Of a stretch of DNA of 64,000 bases, positions 38,850-51,952 are shown one piece after another; the first letter of the stretch is position 1, and each line of letters opens with the position of its first letter. The notes under the pieces are model-generated. The model was not told the origin of the DNA, did no database searches, and saw nothing but the letters and a program-made list of their open reading frames with translations. Both the position numbers and the translations under genes were made by a program. The stretch comes from Octopus sinensis (Eukaryota). The stretch spans positions 98,208,001 to 98,272,000 of the forward strand of contig NC_043003.1 in the NCBI RefSeq assembly GCF_006345805.1, read 5' to 3'.

Positions 38850-39469
38850 TTTAAGAGGTGTCTCGTTAAAATAAACTCTGTTTTGCACAACTTATTACCG
38901 TGTTTTACTTCTTGCATTTTACAGATAGAAATGGCAAAATAACACATAGTGTTTCATTCTTATAAAAAGATCAATGATGAAGAAAAGATACAAAAAGAAA
39001 CAAATCTATATTAATAAGCGCGAAATTCTGCCTGTCTGTCCGGGACCCCTGTATCTCGGTCTACATTTTCTCTACATAGACGTATACCTTTTTGGAATCA
39101 GGATGGTCCCGGGATTGGCAATCTGCCCTTCAGTTGAATATCAGACATCCAGCGTTAGGATCTGATTTAAAAGCATTTGAGCTGCTATTTCTAGCAGGTA
39201 AAGCTTGGCTCATTCACGCCAGCTTGGTTGGCGTTTGTCAGATGACGTCAGTGATTAAGGGCAGGGGCTGAATAAATGACATTCGCTTCGTTAATTTTAC
39301 GTCGAGATAAGCACTTTGGGACAGATTGGCTAACAATTGGAATTCAACATGGGACGGGAACAATAGAATGATTGCTCTACAGAATTAATCCTCGTCCGTC
39401 CTTAACCTCTCATCAAACACTACCGGGGCATATAGCCATTATAGACGTATTATAGTAATGCTCTCTTTA

Positions 39470-39845
39470 CTCTTTTTACTCTTTTACTTGTTTCAGTCAT
39501 TTGACTGCGGCCATGCTGGAGCACCGCCTCTTAGTCGAGCAAATCGACCCTGGGACTTATTCTTTGTAAGCCCAGTACTTATTCTATCGTTCTCTTTTGC
39601 CGAACCGCTAAGTGACGGGGACGTAAACACACCAGCATCGTTGTCAAGCAATGCTAGGGGGACAACACAGGACACACATATATATATATACATTATACGA
39701 CAAGCTTCTTTCAGTCGTTCTACCAAATCCACTCACAAGGCATTGGTCGGCCCGGGGCTATAGTAGAAGACACTTGCCCAAGATGCCACGCAGTGGGACT
39801 GAACCCGGAACCATGTGGTTGGTTAGCAAGTACTTACCACACATC
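39470..39845 (-). mobile_element. Composite SINE D with internal microsatellite
   Basis: Head matches 15021; internal (TA)/(CA); tail GCGGTTCGGCAAAAG...CAGCATGGCCGCAGTCAAATGACTGAAAC. Confidence 0.85.
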
Positions 39846-40819
39846 CACTCCTGCTATTTAACTCTCTTTAGTTTTGGGCTGCACGCCAAATTAGCCATAC
39901 GCGGAAGCTACCTTAAAAGTCCGCTCGGAGTGCGGCTTTTTAGCTAGTATATAACAGATATGGATATACAAACACACACACACTCGTGGTCTGGCGTACC
40001 TACACAAGCACATACAAACGTACACGCACATACAAACGCATACACGCATAGTCTTGCGCACATACACACGCTCGCACACGCATTTAAGTAGGTGTTATCA
40101 AAGTCAGTGCCGATTAATGGCCAGAGAGGGACCACACTGCTTGGTGAGTAGTCACACATGCCGTGCTACTCTCTACTGGGTCTAGCTCGCCTATCTTTAT
40201 GGTTCTTGTACACTCATAAATACCATCATAAAGATAAATATACATCATAAAATCAGGAGGTTGCAGAAGTAAATATATATTTATTTAACTACAACTTTCA
40301 GGTCGTTTCTTCATACAGTGTTGATTTCAGTATGCAAGAAATATGCATAGCCTATCTGTCCGGGACCCCTGCATCTCGGTCCACATTTTCTCTACATAGA
40401 CATATTATACCTTTTTGGAATCAGAATGATCCCGGGATTGGCAATCTGCTGGGCACCAAACAATACAATTGTCTCTTGATAAATTAATGCAAATAAAGAA
40501 AGCTTGTTCACCGGATCTCCAGAACATCATGAGACATTTTACATTACACTAATTTGTAAGTGTTTTTTACGTGGACTGATAGCCGAGTCCGTAGGAAGAG
40601 CTTACTGTGTTAGCCGCACGATTCTCGGAATCCATATTCTACACTACTCTTATGAGTGCATGCGTGCACACGCGTGTGCGTATGTGTGTGTGTGTGTGCG
40701 TTTGTGCATGTATCGTGATATATACATATAACTAGTGCTTAGAACACCATATATTCTTTTATATTTCGTAAGATGCGTCCGTAAAAAGAAATTGTAAAAT
40801 ATTCAAGCGGCAAAGAAAT

Positions 40820-41360
40820 AAAGTATATGCTGGAAATTTCAAGCACTCTGCTATTGGTTCATAAGCTTATTGCACTCAATACACCAGCTCAGGAGGCATT
40901 ACATTCCCGAAATCATAATCAGTGCGTAATCTGAAAATCCACATGAATAATGATGCATCATTTCGTGCACATAGTGCAAAGATGGTAACAATATGTAGGC
41001 GATTGGCTGGTTGGACTGTGAGGTGAGATCTTTCAGAAAAAGAAAGCAGAAAACGATGTTGATCCTGTGGAGATCACTTGTTCCAATTATATTTGCCACG
41101 TAGCTTCGAGCTAAGGGCAGAACTTGAGGCACTCTAATGCTACTCCACCAAGAAGATTGCCCAGGTGTAACGTATGAGCTATTGGGAGAAGTAATGAAAG
41201 TGAAGCTCTACTCCTTAGAGCGAAGTAGTGAAATATATAGAGTATTATATAAATGGAAAATTCTGGTGATTTTCACAGTCCTAACTTTGGGATTGAAGGC
41301 TATGCCAGTTCCCAAACTGGCTGCCACTGCATGGTACTAAAGTTCTTATTTTCTCCATCT
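40820..41360 (+). mobile_element. Highly decayed CR1/L2-type LINE fragment
   Basis: KVKLYSLERSSEIYRVLYKWKIL resembles LKLYSLERRRERY.I.Y.WKIL. Confidence 0.55.
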
Positions 41361-41807
41361 AGACTAAGGACCTAATATTGTAACAATTTTTGGTTCAAAA
41401 ACCCATAGGTTTTCAATACCGTGCAAAAAAAAAAAACTCAGAGATCTACGAGTTGTAGATGTGGATGTATTTAAGAAAACATTTCGACAAATTCTTATCT
41501 GAGATATGAGATGGACCAACATTGCGGTAAAAACGTATATGAGGGTGGCGTTGTCCAGCACCCTTAATCATGCAGACCAAACAGTGAGAGAAGGTCATGG
41601 AAATTAAATAAATTGACAATCAGAGCAGAGTCGATGTACCATTATGGTAACCTCTCTGGTCTGAAATAAGTAAACGTATGTATGTATGTATGCATATACC
41701 TTTATATTTATATGTGTGTATTGGTGTGTCTGTATGTATGTATATATATATGTATATATGTTTGTATGTGTGTATATATAATATATATATATATATATTA
41801 TTGTATG

Positions 41808-42092
41808 TTCCTTCTCGAGCCATACCTGGCTCATAGGGCCGGTTTCCCAGTTTCCTTGGCGTATAGGTTCGCCACCTGGATGGGACGCCGGTCTATCGCA
41901 GGTGAGCTGCAAGATGCAGGAGGGAAGAGTGAGTGAAAGTTGTGACGAAAGAGTCAGCAGAAGTTCGCCATTACCTTCTACCGGAGCCGCGTGGAGCTTA
42001 AGTGTTTCGCTCGTAAACACACGCACCGTCCGGCCTGAGATTCGAACCCACGATCCCTCGACCGCGAGTCCGCTGCTCTAACCACTAGGCCT
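41808..42092 (-). mobile_element. SINE with B-like head and tail C
   Basis: Head GGCCTAGTGGTTAGAGCAGCGGACTCGCGG; tail GGAAACTGGGAAACCGGCCC..GGCTCGAGAAGG shared with 50668-50895. Confidence 0.8.
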
Positions 42093-42205
42093 CCACACAC
42101 ACACACACACAGGAATAACAGATTCAGTTGAATTAGACACTTAAGTTGAGGCACCAAGTCTGTCCAGTATTATCCGCACACCTCGAAGTTAGGTGAATAA
42201 AAAGC

Positions 42206-42284
42206 AAATAAGTAACAAGGATGTCCAGGTATCAGGGCAAACGGCCGTAATGCACTGATACCTGGATATCCTTGTTACTTATTT
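42206..42284. repeat. 79-nt hairpin, 30-bp arms (1 mismatch)
   Basis: AAATAAGTAACAAGGATGTCCAGGTATCAG / CTGATACCTGGATATCCTTGTTACTTATTT. Confidence 0.92.
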
Positions 42285-42981
42285 GATTATATATGCGTGT
42301 GTGTGTGTGTTTATATCTATTTTCGTGTATACGTATATGTTTGTATACTTATACACACACTCACTAACACACACACATATATATGCATACACATATATAT
42401 GCATGCATACATACATACATACATACATACATACATACATACATACATACATACATGTATATATGTATGCATGTATATATACGTGTAACTAAATCGCGGA
42501 TTGCAAAAAATTCACACAAAAACGGGGGCATCTAGTCGCACCATTTTTTATTGTTCATTTATAGAAAGAATTTTATTATAATATGAATTATTTTCTTATT
42601 TCATCGTCTCTGTATTTTAAATATCTTTTTAATTATTCTTTTTATATTCCAGTGCTGTAACAAAAAAAAAAATGTTATTAATGTTAAATTTAGACAACCT
42701 CTACATATGTGCTTAGGTGAAGAAAAAAATATAGCTAAAGAATGTGACAAAATTTGATTACGTGGCACCACCACCACCACCACCACTACCACCACCACCA
42801 CGACCATCATCATCATCATCATTATCATCATCATCTCATTTTATATTATTTTATGGACATTATGACTGGTAAGCACGCCCACATTCACACTCACACGTAC
42901 ATATAGTGAAAATCGTGTTGTAAGAGATGCTTTCTTCTATGGAATTGTATGTGTACATCTATCTACCTACCCATATCTATA

Positions 42982-43036
<55 letters not shown>

Positions 43037-43100
43037 TGCGTATGCATGTATGCGCGTGCGTGTGTGTGTGCGTGTGCATATGTGTATATATATATCCTTA

Positions 43101-43323
43101 TGCGGCAGAAACGTTGGCACGCCGGGCGAAATGCGTAGCCGTATTTCGTCTGCTGTTACGTTCTGAGTTCAAAATCCGCCGAAGTCGACTTTGCCTATCA
43201 TCCTTTCGTGATCGATAAATAAAGTACCAGTTTCGCACTGGGGTCGATGTATACGACTTAAACCCTTTGTCTGTCCTTGTTTGTCCCCTCTATGTTTAGC
43301 CCCTTGTGGGTAGTAAAGAAATA
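43101..43323 (+). mobile_element. SINE head E, Tx1-like tail
   Basis: Homologous to 3466-3696. Confidence 0.88.
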
Positions 43324-43569
43324 TATATACACTTATGCGTATGTAAAATGTGCTTCAGTGAAAGTCATACGCGACGAATAAACTCTGAAAAATAGAGACT
43401 ATTGTACTGGTAATTGAAAGGCACACCTTGAAGACTATTACTCAAAATATTACTGTGGCCGTGCCAGAATTTTGGTAGTTATCTGTTTTTGGTATTTCTG
43501 TGTTAGGAAGTTGTACCTTCAGAAGTAAATCAGTTTATTAAGCATTTAACAAAAAGGAGGTGAGGTGGT

Positions 43570-43785
43570 ATATTCTTTACTTGTTTCGGTCATTAGTCGA
43601 GCAAATCAACCCTAGAACTTATTCTTGTAAGCCTATTACTTATTGTATCGCCTGTTTTGCCGAACCGCTAAGTTACGGGTGACGTAACACACCCCACATC
43701 GGTTGTCAAGCGATGTTGGGGGTACAAACACAGACACACACACCGACACATACACACACACACCACGCACGCACACCACACACAC

Positions 43786-43816
<31 letters not shown>

Positions 43817-44010
43817 CACCAACACACACCACACACACATATATATGTACGACGGGCTTGTTTCAATTCCGTCAACCAAATCCCCTCACAACACGCTTTG
43901 TCGGCCGAGGCTATATAGAAGACACTTGCCCAAGGTGCCACGCAGTGGGACTGAAACCCGGAACCATGTGGTTCGTAATCAAGCTACATACCACACAGCC
44001 ACTCCTACGC
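43570..44010 (-). mobile_element. Composite SINE D
   Basis: Homologous to 39470-39845, with internal (CA)n. Confidence 0.85.
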
Positions 44011-44664
44011 CTATATGTATAAGAAAAATAGCCTTTAGTTTGAGCTTAATTTTTCATTTGTTTTATTGTCAAGAATTTACAGGGAACACTAACGTTCTAA
44101 GGAAAGGAACCAAGTGACATGGAAAAACGCTGTATGATCAATGAGATGCTAGAATTAGGGCTGTGAATTGATGCGCGTGCTAGTTTTAGTGGTGTCAGTT
44201 CCTTTTACGTCACAACATTTTGCCTGACGTAGCTATGGAGACTGCTATGATCAAGTATGTGCCGACCATCAAGCTTCGCTCGTCACGTCACTAAGTCCCT
44301 AACATACACTCTGCTAGTTAAACTCATTCTTGGTATTTTGTCTTTAAGTCTGGTTTCTTGTAGTGAACCTAGAACAGATCAATCAGGAAAGATCTAAGGT
44401 GATGTCATCACTCGAAAATCCGTAATGTTGTAATTTGATTGGTCGGATGTTGTTGACGTCTTTACACAATTTGAAAGATCTTCTTTGTTCACACATGCAC
44501 ACAGAACTTGCAAAGAAAACAATTGGCTTTTAAATTGAGGCAGAGACCTGCGTCAAGCATTCGTATACAGTGTGTTCAAAGGGTGATACTTTTTAGCTCA
44601 ACTTGCCTGTTATTCACAGCAACAAGGACAGTCAACAGCAATCCTAATGAACGAACACACTTAC

Positions 44665-44718
44665 ATTAAATGAGAGAACCCTGTACGCCTTTGCAAAGTT
44701 AAAAATGATGCTGACAAC
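44665..44718 (-). other. Candidate 54-nt exon
   Basis: TTTTTTGTTCACCAG|...|GTAAGT; open as VVSIIFNFAKAYRVLSFN in phase 0. Confidence 0.25.
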
Positions 44719-45092
44719 CTGGTGAACAAAAAATCAGTAAATGAATGACTGATTGCACACTCTCGCTTGGTAGATTATCAAATCTTTAAACTTAAGCCAC
44801 GAAAGACAATAAAAATCATCATCATCGTTGTCGTCGTCGCCGTTGTCGTCGTCATCGTCGTCGTCGTCGTCGTCCTCGTCCTCCTCCTCCTCCTCCTCAT
44901 CATCATCATCATCGACACCACCATCACCAAAACCACCACCACCACCACCACCACCACCACCACAGCCATCACTATCACCACCGCCGCCGCCGCCATCACC
45001 ACCACGACAGCCACCACCACCATCGCCGCCGCCGCCGCCGCCGCCGCAACAACAACAAGGCACCTATTGCCTCCCAATATCTATCTACTCAC

Positions 45093-45158
45093 CGAATGTG
45101 AGTCGGAGCCGATGCCACTCTTGCAAGTCAAAATCCAGGTTTAAGTGACCTTTGCTGT
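45093..45158 (-). other. Candidate 66-nt exon
   Basis: CTAG|...|GTGAGT; single open frame (D)SKGHLNLDFDLQEWHRLRLTF. Confidence 0.3.
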
Positions 45159-45673
45159 CTAGGTTCACATTTATGGAATTGAAACAGAAGTACTTATCAC
45201 ACACACACACACACACACACACGCATGTATATACACATACACACAGGCGTGCCAGTACACACGTGCACACACACACATACACCACATGAGCACCAAATAA
45301 CCTAATAACCTGCCATGATTTGTTTTAAATTACACAGTAAACAGTGAGGACAACACTGAAAGTTTTAATCGCCATGCCGAGTTTTTAGAGTAACTCAGTT
45401 TGGCTGAGAGCAACGGTCTCCAAGGCTTATCCATGAAGCAGAATTGAAACGAGCAGTTCTGGAACTCGTCAGATACATTTCGTATACGTAGCTGGAGAAC
45501 TGGGCCAAAGGCATTCTCACGGATGTGAAATCTTTCCTAGGAACATCTAATTTATGCATTTGCTCCTCTTTCTGTTTTCTAATGCTTTTCTTTGCTAAAT
45601 TTTATCACTATTAAAAAGAATTTCTTTTACCATGTACCCACTCAATCAAGTTCATGAAATATCATTTTGTTAC

Positions 45674-45719
45674 CTTTCTTTGGAAGGGAAGAGCAAGCAG
45701 GTTTTCCCCTGTCTCGTAG
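45674..45719 (-). other. Candidate 46-nt exon
   Basis: TTTTTGTTTCTGTAG|...AAG|GTAACA; LRDRGKPACSSLPKK joins in frame to the 66-nt exon. Confidence 0.3.
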
Positions 45720-46368
45720 CTACAGAAACAAAAACCCCCAAAAAATCGCATGATGTCCAAGATTGTAAACCATATTTTTGCTACCCATCAAATTCATTAA
45801 CCTTTTCAAGTACCAACTTAAGAGGATGTAGGAGTAAACAAGGAGATTGTTCTCTCCAATAAATTCGCTAAAAGGTGGGGAAGAAATGTTAATTTCTCTG
45901 ACTAAAGGAGCTATTCTCAATATACAACTGTAGACAGCGAACTGAACAATAGAAGAGTCACTCGTAATTGACCGTCGGAGCAGTAGGAATTTGTATAGGT
46001 TTCACGTCTTGGCCCTAGATAGCGGTTTTCATATTGGCACCATATCATTGTGCATTGATGTTCCTTGTTGCTTTCTATGCAAGTTTTTCCATTAATAATG
46101 TAAACCTACCCTGATATCCTATACTTTGTTTTCGTAATATCTCTCAGACATGACCCTCGATGCAATAAATCATCGGTATAAACAATAACAGTAGCGCAAG
46201 GAAAAAAAGCAACAGCAGGGACGATGGCGGCGATGTCGACACCGACACAACAGCTCCCGAAATTTCTTCTTCTTCTTCTTCTTCTTCTTCTCTTCTTCTT
46301 CTTCTTCTTCTACTACTACTACTACCACCACCACCACCACCACCACCACCACCACCACCACCACCACC

Positions 46369-46435
<67 letters not shown>

Positions 46436-46779
46436 TGCAGCTGCTGCTGCTGGAAGCATTATTACTAGTGGTGGTGGTAATGATATACTACAGCAACCAA
46501 CATAAAAGCGACAGTAACAGCAAAAGGATAACACAAAAACTAAAAATAATAATAAGAAGAATAAGAACCAAAACAGCTAATCAGATTTTCATAGAAGGGA
46601 AGAAAGAAGCAAAGATTAAGAGACTGAAAGAGTGAGAGAAAAAAAAAGAGAGAGAAAGAGCGTGTGGGAGGGGAGAGAGAAAAAGCGAGTGTGGGGAGAG
46701 GGAGAGGGAGGGCGAAAAACGTCGTTAATAACAGAAGAGGCCTTAACTACTTTGTAGGAAGGAGTTATTATCAGAACAG

Positions 46780-46895
46780 TTATTGGTGCAGGTGAAGAAA
46801 TTAATAGAGGAGACACACCCACAACGAATGGCTTATCTTATGACCAATTTGTCACTTCCTTCGTTTTATTGGTGGTGCGGCGAAAACATTGGCCT
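46780..46895. promoter_or_regulatory. Cluster of four CCAAT/ATTGG boxes (promoter-like)
   Basis: ATTGG 46782, CCAAT 46844, ATTGG 46868, ATTGG 46888 in unique sequence next to a CT/GA-rich tract. Confidence 0.35.
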
Positions 46896-47104
46896 CTTCA
46901 CCACACACTCATCAGCTCCATACATGCATACATGCTTCTATATACTTGCGTGCGTTTGTACAGTACGTACACAAACATACATATACATACATACATGCAT
47001 ACATACATACACCCCCCCCAGACACAAACACAAACACACACATATATATTTGTATGTATGCAGTGTAATTGTGTCCTGTTCAACGCTGATTCGTCGAAGA
47101 GCCG

Positions 47105-47245
47105 TGAGAGTCCAGCGGCCATATGGTTCCGGGTTCAGTTATGCTGCGTGGCACCTTGAGCAAGTGTCTTCTACTATAGCTTCGGGCCTGCCAAAGCCTT
47201 GTGAGTGAATTTGGTAGATAGAAACTGTAAGTAGCCAGTCGTATA
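47105..47245 (+). mobile_element. SINE D 5' part
   Basis: ATGGTTCCGGGTTCAG..GGCACCTTGAGCAAGTGTCTTCTACTATAGC. Confidence 0.75.
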
Positions 47246-47336
47246 TATATATATATAAATATAAATATTAGGGAATAAATCCAAATTTACAGGGAAAAAT
47301 CAGATTTAGATTAAATCGATTTTATAGTAAAATTTA

Positions 47337-47491
47337 AAATATTATTCGAGACAAAACCACTATTTTGCAAAACAAACAAGGAAAGACTTAATCAATACAA
47401 AATTTTAATATTTTTTGACTATTTATTAAATTTATGTATTGATTAAGTCTTTCCTTGTTTGTTTTGCAAAATATGGTTTTGTCTCGAATAA

Positions 47492-47496
<5 letters not shown>
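47337..47496. repeat. Palindrome with 62-63 bp arms next to (TA)n
   Basis: 47337-47399 versus 47435-47496 differ by a single indel. Confidence 0.92.
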
Positions 47497-47533
<37 letters not shown>

Positions 47534-47592
47534 GAGAAGAGAGAGAAAGAGATTAACGTTTGTAAGTATGTATACATATTTTGTGTGCATAT

Positions 47593-47636
<44 letters not shown>

Positions 47637-47788
47637 AATAGTATTGTAGACATCAAAAGAATGAAAGAGACCACGATATATGTAAATAGAGAAATTTATT
47701 TGTAATATGTGACATATTACAAATATATGTATGTATGTATGTATGTATATGTTATGTATGTATGTATGTATGTATGTATGTATGTATG

Positions 47789-47861
<73 letters not shown>

Positions 47862-49827
47862 TATATATATATATTCAAATGGTGCGAAACTGCGATGATA
47901 TTTTGGTTCATTGACTGACGAGGAAAACTCAGCTGCGAATATTCCGTGTATCGTGTCTTTGTCGATATTCCCCATCGGTTAAGTTTTCGTGTAGTTTCCC
48001 GTTTGCTCTGCTTTCGTCTAAGTTTTTCTCTTTGTTGTGTTCTGTCTGTTCAACTCTTAATGTGTGTGTGTGTGTGTGTGTGTAATACTAATTCTTTTGT
48101 CTGTTTTTGTTTTCTATGTTATTTCCTTTAATCATCTACATAAATATGGAAATATGAAAAGCAATGACCTGGTGAGAGATATAGATGGGAAGGAAAGAAA
48201 CTGTTGTAAAGAGGGATGGTTAAATAAATGGTGATTATGGAGAGACTGAAACATATAGAAAGATAGATAGATAGATCGCTCGATCGATAGATAGTGAGAT
48301 AAAGAGGGAGAGAGAGGGAGGGAGAAGGATGGAGACGGAGGGAAGGAGGGAGAGCGAGTGTGTATGTGTTTGTGTGTAAATGAAACAAGCAGCCGACTAA
48401 TACACACCTGAAATATTGGGAAGGGACGGAAGAAAAGCTGAGCGAGGAAGCGATAGTGTGATTAAGAGAGAAAAGGTGGAAATAATAAAGATAGTAACAG
48501 GTAGAATTAGAGAGGTAATGTGATAAAATATGTTTGTGGAAGGAGAAAGCAGTGGCAGTTATGAGGGAGGTGACCGGAGGAGAAAGAAAATATTATAAAT
48601 TGTAGTGAAATGTTTGGTGGGAGTTTGAGGGAGAGGGGAACAAAGAGATGAAGGGGAGAGATTGGAGGAAGAGAGAGGGGAACAAAAAGACGAAGAGGAG
48701 AGAGAGGAAGAAAGCGAGTGAGAGAAGGAGATGGAAGGAGTGGAACAAGAGAGGGGGAAGTAAGGGAGAACAAACAGGCGAGAAGAGGGAGTAACGGGAG
48801 AGGGAGACATAGTGGCGAGGAAATGATAGAGAAGAGAGAGAGAGAGAGAGTGAGAGAGAGAGAGAGAGAGAGAGGAGAAACAGAAATAGCTAGATGAGGG
48901 CCACCAAACAAAATAAGCAGTCAGGCATGTAGATATAATGAAACACAAGAAGAGAATAGAGAAAGTCTTGAAATAGTATAATATTAAGGCTCACTGATAT
49001 GGGGCAGGGATATGCAACCTCATTTACGGTGGGTTCTACGGCAGTATACAACGTAAATGATGTAGTGTGGAATGTAAACATTAGTGAAAAAAAAACTGAA
49101 GAAAACGGTGCTTTGCGAAGGAAGTTCTTGACATGTTTGTTCTGCAGTGAGTCAGCTAATCTCCATTGTGGCCCTCAGCATCATAAATGGTGAGATCAAT
49201 TGATTGATTCGGCTAGAAACATGTAATCAAGGACGTTCTTTTCTCTCGACATAAACATATATATGTGTGTGTGTGTGTGTGTAGATATCTATGTGTCTGT
49301 GTCTTTGTGTCTGTATTTATCCCCCACTTTACAACCGGTGTCGTTGTGTTTACGTCCTCGTAACATAGCGGTTCGGCAAAAGAAAACGGTGGAAGTTTGT
49401 TTGACTAAAACCCTTCAAGGTATGACTGAAACAAGTAAAAGGTAAACGATAAAAGAGGACCATATAGAGTACGGTGAAATAATAAAATTATTAGTACCCT
49501 TAATAGGACATAACTGTTTTAAAGAGTAAATTAATAGTTTTGTTCTGAAAACTGTATTTCCTTTTTCTCGAAACGCCTTTTCGCAACCCCAGGAGAAACA
49601 GGTTCCCCAAGTTTGGAAATCCTGATCTAATGTGCCTAAAATGGTTGGGTGTAATTTAAAGATTTCGCTGCTATGTCTATCCCTATACAGTAATACTAGT
49701 CGAATAGTTGAATAGAGGCTTGAATAGGCATTATTGTTGTTAGTTTCTCCTGTGTGATAAGATACATTGTGTAACAAGATTTTGCATTTACACCCAACCC
49801 CTTGCCAAAGAACTCTAACACGCAAAC

Positions 49828-50160
49828 GTTCAGTGGTTAGAGCGTACGGCTCACAATCATGAGGTAGTGAGTTCTATTCCTGGACCGAGCTGTGTGTTGT
49901 GTTCTTGAGCAAGACACTTTATTTCACGTTGCTCCAGTCCAGTCTGCTTTAGAAATGAGTTGCAACGTCACAGGTGCCAAGCTGTATTGGCTTTTACCTT
50001 TCCCTTGGATGACATCGGTGGCGTGAGAGGAGGGGCTGGTATGCATGAGAGACTGCTAGTCTTCCATAAAGCAATCTTGCCTGGATTTGTGCCCCGGAGG
50101 GTAACTTTCTAGGTGCGATCCCATGGTAATTGATGTCGAAAGGGAGTCTTTACCCATTAC
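49828..50160 (+). mobile_element. SINE head A, tail A2
   Basis: Homologous to 36887-37232. Confidence 0.8.
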
Positions 50161-50379
50161 CTTTTTAAACAGGCTTCATCAGGACGATACGATTGAAACT
50201 ACAACCTTAACATCCGAAGTGAATCATGTTTTACTAGATTTAAATATGATTGGCCAAACACCCTTTTATTCTCCCACTTTATGATTTCTCCTTCATTATC
50301 TTTCTCTCCCTCGTCCCTTTCATTCATTCATTCATTCTTCATTTCTTTCGTTTCTTTGTTTTTCTATTTCATATACATG

Positions 50380-50640
50380 CTATCTACATATCCGGGCGGG
50401 CGACTTTCTCGGAACGATGCAAATCTTCCAGACCAAATATCCCGAGCTTCCTTAGCAATTTTCATATCTTCAGCTCGATATCCAGTGTTTTCCAAGAGTT
50501 GATCGACACATGCTCTTCTTGGTCTGCCGATATTTTCATGTCCATACATGAATTTTCAGAGAGGGAGATTGCTGGATATTTCATCTTTGCTTCTCCAGTA
50601 GTGTCCTATATAACGTGGTCTTCTTTCACTGATTACTGAA
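50380..50640 (-). mobile_element. RTE-clade LINE 3' fragment
   Basis: GHENIGRPRRACVDQLLENTG...AKEARDIW resembles the RTE ORF C-terminus (GRP....DQL..DTG). Confidence 0.65.
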
Positions 50641-50667
50641 GTGAAGGTATGAAGGCCGCCATACAGT

Positions 50668-50895
50668 CGCTGCTTAGTGGTTAGGCGTGTTGGACACATG
50701 ATCGTAAGATTGTGGTTTCGGCTTCTGGACCAGGCGACGCGTTGTGTTCTTGGACAAACTCTTCATTTCAAGTTGTTCCAATCCACTCAACTGGCAAAAA
50801 TGAATAATCCTCCGACGTCCAGATGAGAAATATATAAGCCATGAAACCGGGAAACCGGCTCTTGTGGGTCGGCATGACTCGAGAAGATAACTTTG
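50668..50895 (+). mobile_element. SINE head A with tail C
   Basis: A-type head and core followed by GAAACCGGGAAACCGGCTC..GACTCGAGAAG. Confidence 0.65.
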
Positions 50896-51725
50896 CTTAA
50901 CTCTTAGAGTGTTGCTACCACGAAAGATTGAGAACTTCATGAAGCAAACTTGTGTATGTACTGTCAAGCTTCTTTTCAAGACCCATAGAAAAATACTGAT
51001 TCTACAACTTTTGCAGAAACGCCTCTTCATGGTATCAGGAAGGAAAGGCTTCTATATAACTCTATGTATGTCTAGAGCATTCCTCGCGTTTACAGTCCTT
51101 AACTGAACAACTTGTCTGGTGAAGCAATGTTACTTCCCAGGTAGGTAAAGTCATCAACCACCAACCATCTTCAGATTGATGCAATTCCAGGGACACATTT
51201 ATGTGGACAACTCAACTTGCTAAAAATAGAAGTCAAATTTCCAATAGTCGTTACAAGAAAAATGTATGCCAGAAACTCGTCTATTTGAGAAACAAACTGT
51301 AGTTAAACAACAAAAACAACTAGAAAAAGAAGTCTCTAGGTTCTAAATAGCTCGTAGCTTATATTAAGTAGGCGAAAATATTCCTTGTAGAAATTACGAA
51401 GTTGAGAAATTATTCTTTAATTAGACAATTTTCAGGCTTTTATAATGTCAAGCCAACAGACCGTCCTATCGTGTTCCTGTTTCTGTTAAATTCATTTAGC
51501 AAGACCCATCTGTTTGTTTGTCTATTTATACCGCTACACATTGCAATGTATTAAATTTTAGTGTTTCTTTTATTTATTGTTTATTTAATTATTTGTGTTT
51601 GTTTTCGTTTATGTTTAAACAAAAAATATATACACACATACTTACACACACACTCCCCCCCCACACACATACGTATACATACATACGTACGTACACATAT
51701 ATACACACATATATATTATATGTAC

Positions 51726-51769
<44 letters not shown>

Positions 51770-51892
51770 TATTATATATATATTTTTATCCAAAAGGGAA
51801 ACAAAAAACAACAACAACAGGAACAATTACAGTATTATTATTAATAGGCGCTCAGGAGATGGAAGCAGATATATATGTATGTATACAAACAG

Positions 51893-51952
<60 letters not shown>

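Noticed and set aside
44828-45148. Ser/Pro-rich 106-aa ORF resembling extensin or formin
   Set aside because: It arises from compound (CGT)/(CCT)/(CAT)/(CAC)/(CGC) trinucleotide repeats; all frames are open.
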